Shown one piece after another: positions 46,628 to 56,447 of a stretch of DNA of 64,000 nt (its first letter is position 1; each line of letters opens with the position of its first letter). This stretch comes from Patescibacteria group bacterium (GTDB lineage Bacteria; Patescibacteriota; Microgenomatia; UBA1400; PJMF01), in the NCBI GenBank assembly GCA_016861085.1, contig BOKR01000001.1, forward strand, positions 1,098,040 to 1,162,039. Reading direction: 5' to 3'. The notes under the pieces were generated by a model. That model was given only the letters and a program-made list of their open reading frames with translations, had not been told where the DNA came from and ran no database searches. A program made the position numbers and the translations under genes.

Positions 46628-48457
46628 CTATATTCCCACCATATATTTCGCAGACCACGGTCTGTAATTAGAATAATATGTGTCGTTGTGGATAATATTT
46701 CCGTTTTTATCTTTTACCGTGTGGGTAAACTCAGTTTTAATTCCCCCAACCGCCCAATCAATTTGTTTTTTGACCCCAGTTGGTAGTTCAGTGGTTGGAT
46801 AATACTCTGTTGGCAGTGGCCCAGTAGCTCCCCATTTTTTATAGTCATGAATTTCCGCGACGCGCCCATCATCAGTTCCATAAATTTCTACATTCATATA
46901 CAGCTCATCTGAATCATTGTTGTATACCAAAATAATGTGATTTGGGGTGTCATTTATAAATCTAAAATCGATATCTCCAGAATAGACTGTCGCATCAAAG
47001 CCAGGGTCAGAATTGAGTTCATAATATGAAACTCGGTACGCATGTTGTAACCGTTTGGTTATATCTAGTCCAGCATCTAGAGCTGCTCTAAAAGTAGTAC
47101 TACTCACTTGGCAAACCCCACCACCATCACCAAGCACGGTTTTCCCACCAGAAATCACATACGCTGGTCTATATCCAGTAGCAGCAGAAACATCTCCTAA
47201 AATTTTATTAAATGAAAACTCTTTTCCAGGAGGCACAATTGTCATGTTCATTTTTTTAGCAGTAATTCCTACATTGTGTATGCGATTTGGAATTGAGTGA
47301 TAGTAGTAACTTTCTCCAAACCCAATACGTTCATTGATGCCTAGATCATTTGTTTGGGCAAGGGTGATTTCTGGCTGTGTACGGTTGAGTGGAACCTCAA
47401 GCATTTGGGGTGTATCAGTAAACTGAGTACCCGATGAGGTAATTCCTTTTATGCTTGTCTCAGTTTCTATGTTTTCAACCCAATCCATGATTTGTGTTAC
47501 ACTGGCATTTTGATCAAGCTCAAGCCCGTCTTTGTGTGGGGTAAATTCATCTACTCGTAATGTGTTTGAGTCATATTTAAAGACTGCATTTTGAGCAGGG
47601 CGATTCACCTCTTCAGAAATTTCAGCCACAAACTCTTTTATTACTTCATCAAAATAATTTCCCAGAGGATTCAAAAACGAAACAAAATCTTGGTCGGATA
47701 AATAGAATTTTTTGTCTTCAGCCGCTAGTGTGACCTTTTTTCCTACGAATATTCTTGCTCTTGCTATTGTTGCGTCAATTGCTTCTTGAGACAGTACGCT
47801 ACTGGTTGAAGCAATTTCAGCAGTGACTGCATGTTTATTTTCTTGAATCGCATCTAGAATTTTTTGTGAGGTTTGTTGTGAATTGAGTGTTCGGCCGGGT
47901 TTTCCTGGAAATACAATAATTGATTTTTCAGAACCACTGACTTTTTGTTCAACACTTGGGTTTTTTCCAACGAGTTCAACTTTTTGATTAAATTGTGCTA
48001 AAAATTCCGCAAGTTTCGTTTCGTCATATTTTTTGGGAGCAACATATTCGTTTTTTTGGATATATGCAGTGAGAGCAGAAAATGCAGTAATAATTGGATT
48101 ATTTTTATGCTGATCAGTGTAGACTTCATCTATAGCTTGAGTAAAATCAGTCGTATAGCCAAGCTGTGCAGAACTACTTGCTAAAGAAATATTATCAACG
48201 CTCAATACAAATTCATGCGAATCAAGTTCTTGCCTGTGGCTTTCCAGAACAGCGATACCTTCTGACAGCTCAAGCCCAGAAACGTCTATACTATTTATAT
48301 AGGTATTTGCAAATATTCTATTGCGATATGAATTTCCGAGCAAAAAGATCCCGGTAACCAAAAAACTGATCCCAGCAACTGAACACAAAAAGATGAATTG
48401 CTGAGTGGTTACTTGCGTTTTGATTTGTGTTATCATTTGTACAGAGTATTTTGTCAA
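46628..48457 (-). CDS. VanW-family protein with an N-terminal membrane anchor. The start is probably the internal Met (48436), because the annotated start overlaps the divergent gene.
   Basis: PPGKEFSFNKILG...GGGVCQVSSTTFRAALDAGL...H matches the VanW domain signature (PG..FSFN...GGGvCQ.SsT). Confidence 0.75.
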   Translation of the reverse strand: MTKYSVQMITQIKTQVTTQQFIFLCSVAGISFLVTGIFLLGNSYRNRIFANTYINSIDVSGLELSEGIAVLESHRQELDSHEFVLSVDNISLASSSAQLGYTTDFTQAIDEVYTDQHKNNPIITAFSALTAYIQKNEYVAPKKYDETKLAEFLAQFNQKVELVGKNPSVEQKVSGSEKSIIVFPGKPGRTLNSQQTSQKILDAIQENKHAVTAEIASTSSVLSQEAIDATIARARIFVGKKVTLAAEDKKFYLSDQDFVSFLNPLGNYFDEVIKEFVAEISEEVNRPAQNAVFKYDSNTLRVDEFTPHKDGLELDQNASVTQIMDWVENIETETSIKGITSSGTQFTDTPQMLEVPLNRTQPEITLAQTNDLGINERIGFGESYYYHSIPNRIHNVGITAKKMNMTIVPPGKEFSFNKILGDVSAATGYRPAYVISGGKTVLGDGGGVCQVSSTTFRAALDAGLDITKRLQHAYRVSYYELNSDPGFDATVYSGDIDFRFINDTPNHIILVYNNDSDELYMNVEIYGTDDGRVAEIHDYKKWGATGPLPTEYYPTTELPTGVKKQIDWAVGGIKTEFTHTVKDKNGNIIHNDTYYSNYRPWSAKYMVGI

Positions 48458-48464
48458 AAAAACT

Positions 48465-50423
48465 ATGAATTCGCCACTGCCAAAGCCAACGCCACCAACA
48501 AATACTGATGATAAGCAGCAAACTGTGGTTTTTGACCAAAAAGTGCCGTTGCAACAAAAGGCGGCTACTCCAGGTGCACCCGCATCTCAATCTCCAACGC
48601 CAGCCCCAACTATGCCGTCTCCAACACCTCCTAAACCAGCAGTTGCACCATCAGCGGGAAATCAAACCGAACCAAAAGATATACCAACTACTCCTCCTCC
48701 TTCAACTTTAAAACCCACATTACCTCCAACTTCTTTGAGTGCACTCTCTTCAATGAGCAGTAACAAAATTCCTGATGGAAAAAGTGCCCCTGTAGTGCAA
48801 CCAGCAACGCCAATGCCTCAAAAAACAGTTTTGGGGCAACCGATTCCGCAAGCAATTCGTGGTGAAGCAACTCCTGTAGGTATGGGTAAGTCAGCCCCAG
48901 GAATGACACCACCTCGTGGAATAACACCTGCAGGAATTGCGGCAACTGGTGCTGCTGCTACCACAACTACAACAACGCAAACAGCAATCAAACAAGAATC
49001 ACCCAGTATTGGTGGTTCAAAAAACGCACCTGCCGGTAACGCTCCCAAGTTCGCCGAAACCAAAAGCCCAATTATGAGGTTTCTTCCCTTTATCGCTGGT
49101 GGAATTATTTTATTAGTAGTAATCGTTTTTGCTTTATCCAGATTTCTAGGGGGTTCATCTACTTCGGTTTCTGATAACCAAGGGACAACGCCGACGGCTC
49201 CAACAACAGGTGGATCCCAAAGAACAGAAGTTCCTGCCCAAAGGGTAACCTTAGAATATTGGGGATTATGGGAACCAACAGAGGTTATGGAGCAAGTGAT
49301 CACCTCATTTGAAAGCGAAAATCCAGGAATTGAAGTGAATTATGTTAAGCAATCTCCGATAGACTATCGAGAACGACTGCAAACTGCTATTCAAAGTGGC
49401 TCTGGTCCAGATTTATTCAGATTTCATGCTTCTTGGGGTCCAATGTTAAAAACGCAGCTAGATCCAATACCGGCAAGTGTTGCAACTGCAGCTGAATTTA
49501 GAGAAAATTACTATCCAATAGTTACAGAACAATTGGTAAATGCTGGCCAATATGTTGGTTTGCCACTGATGTACGATGGACTGGTACTATATTATAACGA
49601 AGATATTTTAGCTACTGCTGGGGAGACACCGCCAAAAACTTGGCCAGAACTGAGAAGAGTAGCAAAAAAAATAACAGTTCTTTCTGCAAATAAAATTCAA
49701 CGAGGTGGTCTAGCAATTGGAAATGCTACAAATGTAGAACATTTTTCTGATATTTTAGCTACACTTATTTTGCAGAACGATGGTAATCTATCAGAGGCAG
49801 ACTCAGTTGAAACTAGAGATGCATTGTTATTCTATACAAACTTTCAGTTAGAGGATAAAGTTTGGGATGAAACACTGCCAAGTTCTACGGTTGCATTTGC
49901 TCGAGGTGATGTAGCGATGATGTTTGCTCCTTCCTGGAGGGCTCATGAAATAAAAGCGTTAAATCCAAACTTAAAGTTTGCAACAGCCCCAATGCCGCAA
50001 CTTTCTGATGATACAAAAATTGCATGGGCGAGTTATTGGGCAGAAGGAATTTCATCTGCAAGTAAAAAGAAGACAGATGCCGCAAAGTTCTTGGCATATA
50101 TTAATAGAACTGATGTCCTTAAGAAATTTTTCTCAGATGCGAGTAAGGTTCGTGCGTTTGGTGAAATCTATCCTAAAGTTGATATGGCTGAAGAACTTTC
50201 TGAAGATAAAATTATCGGACCAATCTTGGAAGATGCTCCAATCGCAAAAAGTGGTTACCTGAACTCTTTCACACATGACAATGGTATTAATGATCAAATG
50301 ATTACGTATTACAAAGCAGCTATAGATGCATTACTCAAGAGCGGTGATATTGAAGAAATTCAAGAGACTTTGAGTGCTGGAGTTGCCCAAGTTTTAAAAC
50401 AATACAGTGTTAGTACAAAATAA
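48465..50423 (+). CDS. Membrane-anchored extracellular solute-binding protein (ABC transporter SBP family 1-like) with a Pro/Thr-rich N-terminal region. Start taken at the internal ATG 48465 (ORF track: 48405).
   Basis: A single TM IMRFLPFIAGGIILLVVIVFAL is followed by a LEYWGLW...DLFRFHASWGPML...GLPLMYDGLVLYYN sugar-SBP-like fold. Confidence 0.55.
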   Translation: MNSPLPKPTPPTNTDDKQQTVVFDQKVPLQQKAATPGAPASQSPTPAPTMPSPTPPKPAVAPSAGNQTEPKDIPTTPPPSTLKPTLPPTSLSALSSMSSNKIPDGKSAPVVQPATPMPQKTVLGQPIPQAIRGEATPVGMGKSAPGMTPPRGITPAGIAATGAAATTTTTTQTAIKQESPSIGGSKNAPAGNAPKFAETKSPIMRFLPFIAGGIILLVVIVFALSRFLGGSSTSVSDNQGTTPTAPTTGGSQRTEVPAQRVTLEYWGLWEPTEVMEQVITSFESENPGIEVNYVKQSPIDYRERLQTAIQSGSGPDLFRFHASWGPMLKTQLDPIPASVATAAEFRENYYPIVTEQLVNAGQYVGLPLMYDGLVLYYNEDILATAGETPPKTWPELRRVAKKITVLSANKIQRGGLAIGNATNVEHFSDILATLILQNDGNLSEADSVETRDALLFYTNFQLEDKVWDETLPSSTVAFARGDVAMMFAPSWRAHEIKALNPNLKFATAPMPQLSDDTKIAWASYWAEGISSASKKKTDAAKFLAYINRTDVLKKFFSDASKVRAFGEIYPKVDMAEELSEDKIIGPILEDAPIAKSGYLNSFTHDNGINDQMITYYKAAIDALLKSGDIEEIQETLSAGVAQVLKQYSVSTK

Positions 50424-50436
50424 ATCTGCCCTATAA

Positions 50437-51342
50437 ATGGAGTGCATGCAATTATTTGTAGCCCGTAGGATTTTGTTGACGCTTGCGTATAGTGAGCAGT
50501 TTCAGTTTCCTTTAAAAGCGTCAGAACTATTTACCCGATTACTTACAAAAATTTCTGTAACTGTTGATGAGTTTGTAGCTGCACTTACTTTTTTAGTAGA
50601 TAAGCAGTTAATTTCATACGATTCAGGTTACTTTGTCATATCTGGTTTGAGTGGCAGTGATATAAAAAAATTAGTTGATACTCGAGTAGAAAGAGCTGAA
50701 TATGCGAGCAAAAAATGGAGTGAAGTTTTAGATTTTATTTCAGTTATCCGCAGTATCCCATTTATTACAGGAGTTGCAGTAACTGGCTCACTTGCGGTGC
50801 ACAATACGATAAAAGACGATGACATTGATTTTATGATAGTAACGCCAAAAAATAGATTGTGGCTTGCCCGACTGTTGGTCGTTTTGTATGCAAGCTTGAG
50901 AGGAAAGCGGCGATCATTTGCAAAAGAAGAAAAAAATAGTTGGTGTTTTAACTTATGGATTGAAGAAAGTGATTTGCAGTTACCAGTTGGTGCTCGATCA
51001 GTGTATGAAGCATATGAAGTCATTCAGGCAACCTGGGTATTAAGTAGAGGAGGAGTGGCAAACAGATTTAGACGACTCAATGACTGGACTAAAAAAATTG
51101 TTCCAAGAGCTAGAAAATTTTGTGATGTCATAGAACAAAAATCTACGACTGTTTTTGATCTTCCCGTTATTTCTCAGATGTTAGATGTTTGTAATCAGAC
51201 CGCTTACTATTTTCAATTTCAGTATATGAAATCACATATGACCAGAGAAAAAGTTAGTAAAAGTCACGCTTTTTTTCACCCTCGTGATACGAAATCAGAA
51301 GTATTTAAGAATTGGAAAAAAACGATACTAAGGCTACTATAG
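50437..51342 (+). CDS. Nucleotidyltransferase-fold protein (Pol-beta-like NTase motif GS...DIDFMIV), function unknown
   Basis: GVAVTGSLAVHNTIKDDDIDFMIVTP resembles the minimal NTase hG[GS]...D.D motif. Confidence 0.3.
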   Translation: MECMQLFVARRILLTLAYSEQFQFPLKASELFTRLLTKISVTVDEFVAALTFLVDKQLISYDSGYFVISGLSGSDIKKLVDTRVERAEYASKKWSEVLDFISVIRSIPFITGVAVTGSLAVHNTIKDDDIDFMIVTPKNRLWLARLLVVLYASLRGKRRSFAKEEKNSWCFNLWIEESDLQLPVGARSVYEAYEVIQATWVLSRGGVANRFRRLNDWTKKIVPRARKFCDVIEQKSTTVFDLPVISQMLDVCNQTAYYFQFQYMKSHMTREKVSKSHAFFHPRDTKSEVFKNWKKTILRLL

Positions 51343-51767
51343 AGAATATGCAACAAGGCAAAAAAGTATTAGTAACAGGAGTTTTTGATGTTTTACATGA
51401 AGAACACCGTAATTTTTTAAAGAAGGCAAAAAGTTTGGGTGAGTATCTAGTTGTTGGAATTGAGTCTGACGTTCGAGTTCGACAAATAAAAGGTGAGGGT
51501 AGGCCGGTTAATACTGAGCAACTCAGAAAGAAAAATGTAGAGGCATTAGCTATCGCTGACGAGGTTTTTATTTTGCCAGAGCAGTTTAGTAAACCAGAAG
51601 ATCACAGTACACTAATTCAAAAAATTCGACCGGATTATTTAGCAGTTTCATCGCATACAAAGCACCTAGATAAAAAGCAAGCAATTTTAGAGCAGTTTGG
51701 AGGAGAGGTTGTTGTGGTGCATGAATACAATCCAAAAATTTCTACCACAAAGCTACTGCAAAAATGA
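51312..51767 (+). CDS. Cytidylyltransferase-like nucleotidyltransferase (HxGH class; RfaE-domain-II / TagD-like). Likely start at 51351.
   Basis: KVLVTGVFDVLHEEH matches the G.FD..H.GH motif. ~140-aa Rossmann-like fold. Confidence 0.55.
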   Translation: MEKNDTKATIENMQQGKKVLVTGVFDVLHEEHRNFLKKAKSLGEYLVVGIESDVRVRQIKGEGRPVNTEQLRKKNVEALAIADEVFILPEQFSKPEDHSTLIQKIRPDYLAVSSHTKHLDKKQAILEQFGGEVVVVHEYNPKISTTKLLQK

Positions 51768-51779
51768 TACGATTATCGT

Positions 51780-52100
51780 ATGCATAAAAAGATTTTATTT
51801 TCTCTGTTAGTTATTACTGTTTCAGCAGGACTTTTTTCTGCTTGCTCCCATGCAAAAAACGCGAATGACACAATGCTTAATGAAGAGTATGAACAAAAAA
51901 ATGCAGTTATCACTGTAACTGGAACACTTTCAAAAAATGGTGAATTGTTTTTCGTAACAGATGCCGCGGGAACCATTCATGATGTGGAAACATATGCTGT
52001 TGCTTTTGATGAGTATGTCGGTCAAACGGTTACTGTATCTGGTCAGTACAGTGGAAACACGCTGTTTGTAACCGAAATATCAAGTGGCTCCTCATATTAG
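51780..52100 (+). CDS. Small lipoprotein (lipobox LFSAC), function unknown
   Basis: MHKKILFSLLVITVSAGLFSAC signal with a Cys lipobox. Confidence 0.45.
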   Translation: MHKKILFSLLVITVSAGLFSACSHAKNANDTMLNEEYEQKNAVITVTGTLSKNGELFFVTDAAGTIHDVETYAVAFDEYVGQTVTVSGQYSGNTLFVTEISSGSSY

Positions 52101-52160
52101 TAGGTATTCCTACAGTTTTTGTCAGAGTTGTGTGGTTTAATTGGTTTGTAAGGAGAGTGT

Positions 52161-53570
52161 ATGGCAAAAGGTGATACTGTTTTTGTGTGTCAAAATTGTG
52201 GTTGGACAACCGCTAAGTGGGTTGGTCAGTGTTATGAGTGCCACACATGGAATGCAATGGTTGAGGAGCTGCCAATTGAAACTATAGCGAACAAAAAATC
52301 TGCCAAAGCTCAAAAAATAGAAGATTTTACCGTTACTTTTTCTCAAGTGGAGACGCTGAGTGCTTCAAAATCAAGACTTTCAACAAATATCGATGAGTTC
52401 GACAGGGTTTTAGGTGGTGAAGATTCAAACTTTGGAATGGTTTTGGGAAGCGTGATGTTAATTGGTGGTGAACCCGGTATTGGAAAGTCAACCCTGCTGA
52501 CACAAATGGTAGTTGGTATGTTACAGCCAAGCAAGACCGGTAGTAGTAAATCTGAACACAAATTTATGTACGTCTGTGGAGAGGAAAATCCTGCTCAGGT
52601 GGCGCTTAGAATTGAAAGAATTGCCAAACAATTCCATGAGAATGTCACTACTGTCAAAGATAACTTAATATTTGTGACAACTGCAGATGTAGATGCTATC
52701 ACAGCTGCAATGCAAAAATTGAAACCCAGGTGTGTAGTTGTAGATAGTATTCAAACGGTTACAACAACTGACCTGAGTGGGGCGGCTGGGAGTGTGGGGC
52801 AAGTTCGTGAGTGTGCAGAGCGATTAACTACAACTGCTAAAGCATTACATATTCCATTGTTTTTAGTTGGGCATGTGACCAAAGAAGGAGTGATTTCTGG
52901 GCCAAAAGTACTAGAACATATTGTTGACTCAGTTCTTGAACTAAGTGGCGATAGAACAGGAGATTTAAGGATATTGCGGGCGATAAAAAATCGGTTTGGA
53001 GCTACGGATGAAGTTGGGGTTTTTCGAATGAGAGAATATGGCTTTGAATCAGTGTCAAATCCTTCTGAATTGTTTTTAGAATATGCAGATACTCAAGTAC
53101 CAGGCAGCATCACAGCATGTGTGATGGAAGGGACTCGGCCGTTGCTGGTTGAAATTCAAGCCTTAGTGGTTGAATCTCAGCTGGCAATGCCGCGAAGAGT
53201 AGGTCGAGGAATAAATTTACCCAGAATTCAAGTTCTTTCAGCAGTCCTGCAAAAGCACTGCTATTTACCGCTTGGATCAACAGATATCTTTGCATCGGTA
53301 GCAGGTGGGTTTGAAGTCAAAGAACCAAGCATAGACTTGGGGTTGGCGGTAGCGATGGCCAGTTCTTTAAATAATAAGCCAATAAAAGAGAAAACTGTTT
53401 TTATCGGTGAGATAGGCCTTTTAGGTGAAATCAGATCAGTCAATTTACTCGACAGAAGAATTAAAGAAGCAAAACGCTTAGGTTTTACGAATATAATCAG
53501 CAAAAAGACTCACAAATCAGTAAGACAAGTGCTTTCAGACTTACAGTTACTTAAATCAAAGACTACTTAG
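52161..53570 (+). CDS. radA: DNA repair protein RadA/Sms
   Basis: N-terminal Zn finger (CQNCGW...CYECHTWN), Walker A GGEPGIGKSTLLTQ, KNRFG motif, C-terminal Lon-like domain. Confidence 0.9.
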   Translation: MAKGDTVFVCQNCGWTTAKWVGQCYECHTWNAMVEELPIETIANKKSAKAQKIEDFTVTFSQVETLSASKSRLSTNIDEFDRVLGGEDSNFGMVLGSVMLIGGEPGIGKSTLLTQMVVGMLQPSKTGSSKSEHKFMYVCGEENPAQVALRIERIAKQFHENVTTVKDNLIFVTTADVDAITAAMQKLKPRCVVVDSIQTVTTTDLSGAAGSVGQVRECAERLTTTAKALHIPLFLVGHVTKEGVISGPKVLEHIVDSVLELSGDRTGDLRILRAIKNRFGATDEVGVFRMREYGFESVSNPSELFLEYADTQVPGSITACVMEGTRPLLVEIQALVVESQLAMPRRVGRGINLPRIQVLSAVLQKHCYLPLGSTDIFASVAGGFEVKEPSIDLGLAVAMASSLNNKPIKEKTVFIGEIGLLGEIRSVNLLDRRIKEAKRLGFTNIISKKTHKSVRQVLSDLQLLKSKTT

Positions 53571-55746
53571 CATATCGCTCTCGACTGACTTGCACGACCT
53601 TATCTTTACCAAGATTGCTTGACGTAGCAAGCGGTAGCGTCAGGGCAGGGAACGGTTTGGAGACAATATTATCTATAGAGAGTTTGTTAATGATTTGGTA
53701 TCTACTCAACGAAACAAGGTCTTCTTGAGAATATCTGCTGCCAAACTCTTTTGTAAAAACTGAAGCGTCATCTGCTCCCATCACAAAACTGACCATGCTT
53801 CCACAGTTACCAAAGATAGCTTTCTGCACTTCCTCTGGAATTTGTGCAATATATTGGTTTGCAAGGATAAGGTCTAGGCGATATTTTCTAGCTTCTGACA
53901 AGATTTTAGTGAATGAGTCGGTGGCAAAATTCTGAAACTCGTCGACATACAGATAAAAATCTTTGCGTTCTTCCTCTGGGAGATTGACTCTTCCCATAGC
54001 TGCTAGTTGGATTTTTGTAATTAACATTGAACCAAGCAGAGTAGCATTATCTTCTCCCAACTTACCTTGGGATAGGTTAACCAACAGAATTTTGCCCTCA
54101 CTCATTGCGTCTTCAATACTAAATGAGCTTTTACGGGCGTTAACGATGTTTCTGACCAGAGGAGAAGAAACAAACTGACCAACTTTATTCAAGATAGAAG
54201 CAATAGATTCTGTCCTTTGCTTTGGCAGCATTTTATCGTATTCATCGACCCAAAATGATTTTAAAATCGGGTCATCAAGTTTCTCAACAATGCCATCTCT
54301 AAATTTCTGATTAACGAGCAGATCGAGTACATCAGAAAGCCGAGCTTGATCAGTTTTAAGTAAAGTGAGTAAGGAATTCCGTAAAATATACTCAAGTCTA
54401 GGTCCCCAAGAGTAGGCATAGAGTTTTTTGAAGACTGAAACAATACCAGAGGCAATTAGTTCTCTATGAACGACATTTTCACCTTCAAACAGGTTTAGTT
54501 TGACAGTTCGTTCAGTATCACTTGGGTCAAAGTAAATAACATCATTGATCCTACGTTTTGGAATGTAGTTTAAAAGGGTTTCAACTAGGTCACCATGAGG
54601 ATCGATGACACACATACCTTCATCATTCTTGAGGTCGTTTATAGCCATGTTAGCCAGCAGAGTGGATTTACCTGTACCAGTTTTTCCAATGACATACATA
54701 TGGCGCCTGCGATCGGAGCGTTTGAGTCCATAGATTACTTCTTTATTCTTAAACTCAGTCTTTGCAAAGACATTGATATCTCGTTTTACCTCTGGATCCA
54801 TGTCCTTGGTAACCACAGGCAGGTCTTCAGGGGGTTCTCCAAGCAGATTCTTTCCCCAAGCAATATTAGGAATCGTTGAGAGTTTTTCACTTGGCATGTG
54901 CATGAGGGTAGCCATTTCTTCAAGAGATAAGTGAAAACTGACCACAGCTTTATAGTCTCGAGCTTTCATGTGTTTTAGGAACCTACCTTTGAAGAGATAG
55001 GTTTTTTTGAGTCGAAGTGAATTACCCTGGTGGTCATTGAGTGTTTCATAGGCGCTAGCAAGATTTTCAAGTAGGTTTTTACTTCTTTGCTTATCGGTTG
55101 AGCCTAGTGCCATACGAATAGAAACTCTCAGTGCAAGGTCTTTTTCTTTTGTGGACGGTTTTTCAGTAGATTCTGTCGTGGTAGAGCTCACAACAGAAGA
55201 AAGAATGCTTTTAGGTGATTTACTGACAATGTATTGCAATACGACCTTATCGTGTTCTTCAAGTTTAGAAAGAGTAGATAAAATGGGGGCGAGGGTATCT
55301 ACTTCGTGGAATGCTTTGTAGGTTTTAATTGAAAGATGCTCCGCATTTCGTAGTGCTAAGCTGCCCATTTCAAAAAAATATTCTTCGTTGGTGTCATGGG
55401 TTGGTTTTGGGTTGATGTAGTAATCCAAAGAATCATGTTGAATTTCTTTTATAACAATCTCGGGATAACTAGAAACTAATATGCTTTTAATATAAGTAAT
55501 CAATCGAACTGGTACATATGCTTGAAAAAATATGGTTTGATTTTCAACTATTATCTCAAAAGAGATTGATTCGTTTTTACCCAGGATTCTCCAGAACCAC
55601 ATGTTTTTGAGGCTGGGGAGTGAAGAAAAGAGTTGAACTGCCGATTCTGGGGTGTGTTGTGAGTCTCTGCTGGTGCGTAACTCGAGGATAGTGTGTGGTG
55701 CTGACATATGCAAAACAAGTATAGCATTTCTAGAGAAAAGGGTCAT
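53563..55746 (-). CDS. T4SS coupling-protein-like ATPase (VirD4/TraD/TraG-type), with no evident N-terminal TM anchor
   Basis: YVIGKTGTGKSTLLANMA (Walker A) followed by CVIDPHGD, then LYVDEFQNF (Walker B-like). Lies ~25 kb from virB4. Confidence 0.5.
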   Translation of the reverse strand: MTLFSRNAILVLHMSAPHTILELRTSRDSQHTPESAVQLFSSLPSLKNMWFWRILGKNESISFEIIVENQTIFFQAYVPVRLITYIKSILVSSYPEIVIKEIQHDSLDYYINPKPTHDTNEEYFFEMGSLALRNAEHLSIKTYKAFHEVDTLAPILSTLSKLEEHDKVVLQYIVSKSPKSILSSVVSSTTTESTEKPSTKEKDLALRVSIRMALGSTDKQRSKNLLENLASAYETLNDHQGNSLRLKKTYLFKGRFLKHMKARDYKAVVSFHLSLEEMATLMHMPSEKLSTIPNIAWGKNLLGEPPEDLPVVTKDMDPEVKRDINVFAKTEFKNKEVIYGLKRSDRRRHMYVIGKTGTGKSTLLANMAINDLKNDEGMCVIDPHGDLVETLLNYIPKRRINDVIYFDPSDTERTVKLNLFEGENVVHRELIASGIVSVFKKLYAYSWGPRLEYILRNSLLTLLKTDQARLSDVLDLLVNQKFRDGIVEKLDDPILKSFWVDEYDKMLPKQRTESIASILNKVGQFVSSPLVRNIVNARKSSFSIEDAMSEGKILLVNLSQGKLGEDNATLLGSMLITKIQLAAMGRVNLPEEERKDFYLYVDEFQNFATDSFTKILSEARKYRLDLILANQYIAQIPEEVQKAIFGNCGSMVSFVMGADDASVFTKEFGSRYSQEDLVSLSRYQIINKLSIDNIVSKPFPALTLPLATSSNLGKDKVVQVSRERYAK

Positions 55747-55914
55747 CTAGTGTCCCTGGCATAGCAGGGAAGAACTAAACACCAGGATAAGACATGTTTT
55801 TTCACAATATAGTGGTGCGTTTAATTGATGTTGATAACTTGTTTAGACTCATCTATAAATTGAACACAATTATAATTATAAGATCTGATTAATATGACAA
55901 GATATAAATTATAG

Positions 55915-56159
55915 GTTGACTAAATGAGTGAAATTAGTTATACTCCTGGTAATCATCAAAATTCCTGCTTTTTAGGTGCAACGGGACAGAAGGACAGGCT
56001 CAAAGAGCCTTAAAAGCAAAAGAGTAACTGGTGAAAGCAATTTAAAACACAAATACGCAGCATAATTACACCAGCGCCATTTTCTAGAGAAAATAGTGGG
56101 TGTAAAAATTAAAAAAGCATTATTATCGCTGGACAGACCACGAGTAACAATGCTTTTTT
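55915..56159 (+). ncRNA. Candidate small RNA / rho leader-attenuator unit: sigma70-like promoter (TTGACT-N17-TATACT, 55915-55943) plus intrinsic terminator (56115-56159)
   Basis: ~210-nt interval with no ORF. Contains the internal hairpin AGGCTC-aaa-GAGCCT. Terminator is AGCATTATTA...TAACAATGCT + TTTTT. rho begins ~290 nt further downstream. Confidence 0.35.
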
Positions 56160-56447
56160 ATCTTGCACGGAAAGCTAGTAAAAACTTTTTTAAAACACCG
56201 TGTGCAAGAGAGAATATCAAGTAGGGTTTACTTTGTAAATTCTATCTTTGTGGTTTAAATGATATAAAAATATATCAATCAAGGGTGGTTGTGTGGAGGT
56301 TCGGTAGTTGGGCAGGCAACCGAGCTTCCACTCAGCCACAGGTTTGACTTTTCAATAATCATCTGAAATAATCAAAGCTATTGTTCTGAATATATTTTCA
56401 TTTCGCACTCGTAAGGTGATTTTGACTAAAAGATTACATTTTTCATT

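Noticed and set aside
40700-46630. Mobile genetic element (IS/ICE/prophage) interpretation of the GC-rich island
   Set aside because: No transposase, integrase, tRNA target or terminal inverted repeats were found. I report it as a compositional island of unknown mobility rather than a mobile element call.
48405-48457. Head-to-head overlap of the annotated starts of VanW (-) and the solute-binding protein (+)
   Set aside because: Divergent genes cannot share 53 nt of 5' coding sequence sensibly. Internal Met codons (48436 on minus, 48465 on plus) give non-overlapping, better-supported starts.
56283-56350. tRNA-like impression (gggtggttgtgtggaggttcggtag...)
   Set aside because: No TψC-loop consensus (GTTCRANYC) and no acceptor/anticodon geometry. 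It folds as one long imperfect hairpin, more likely part of the rho leader.
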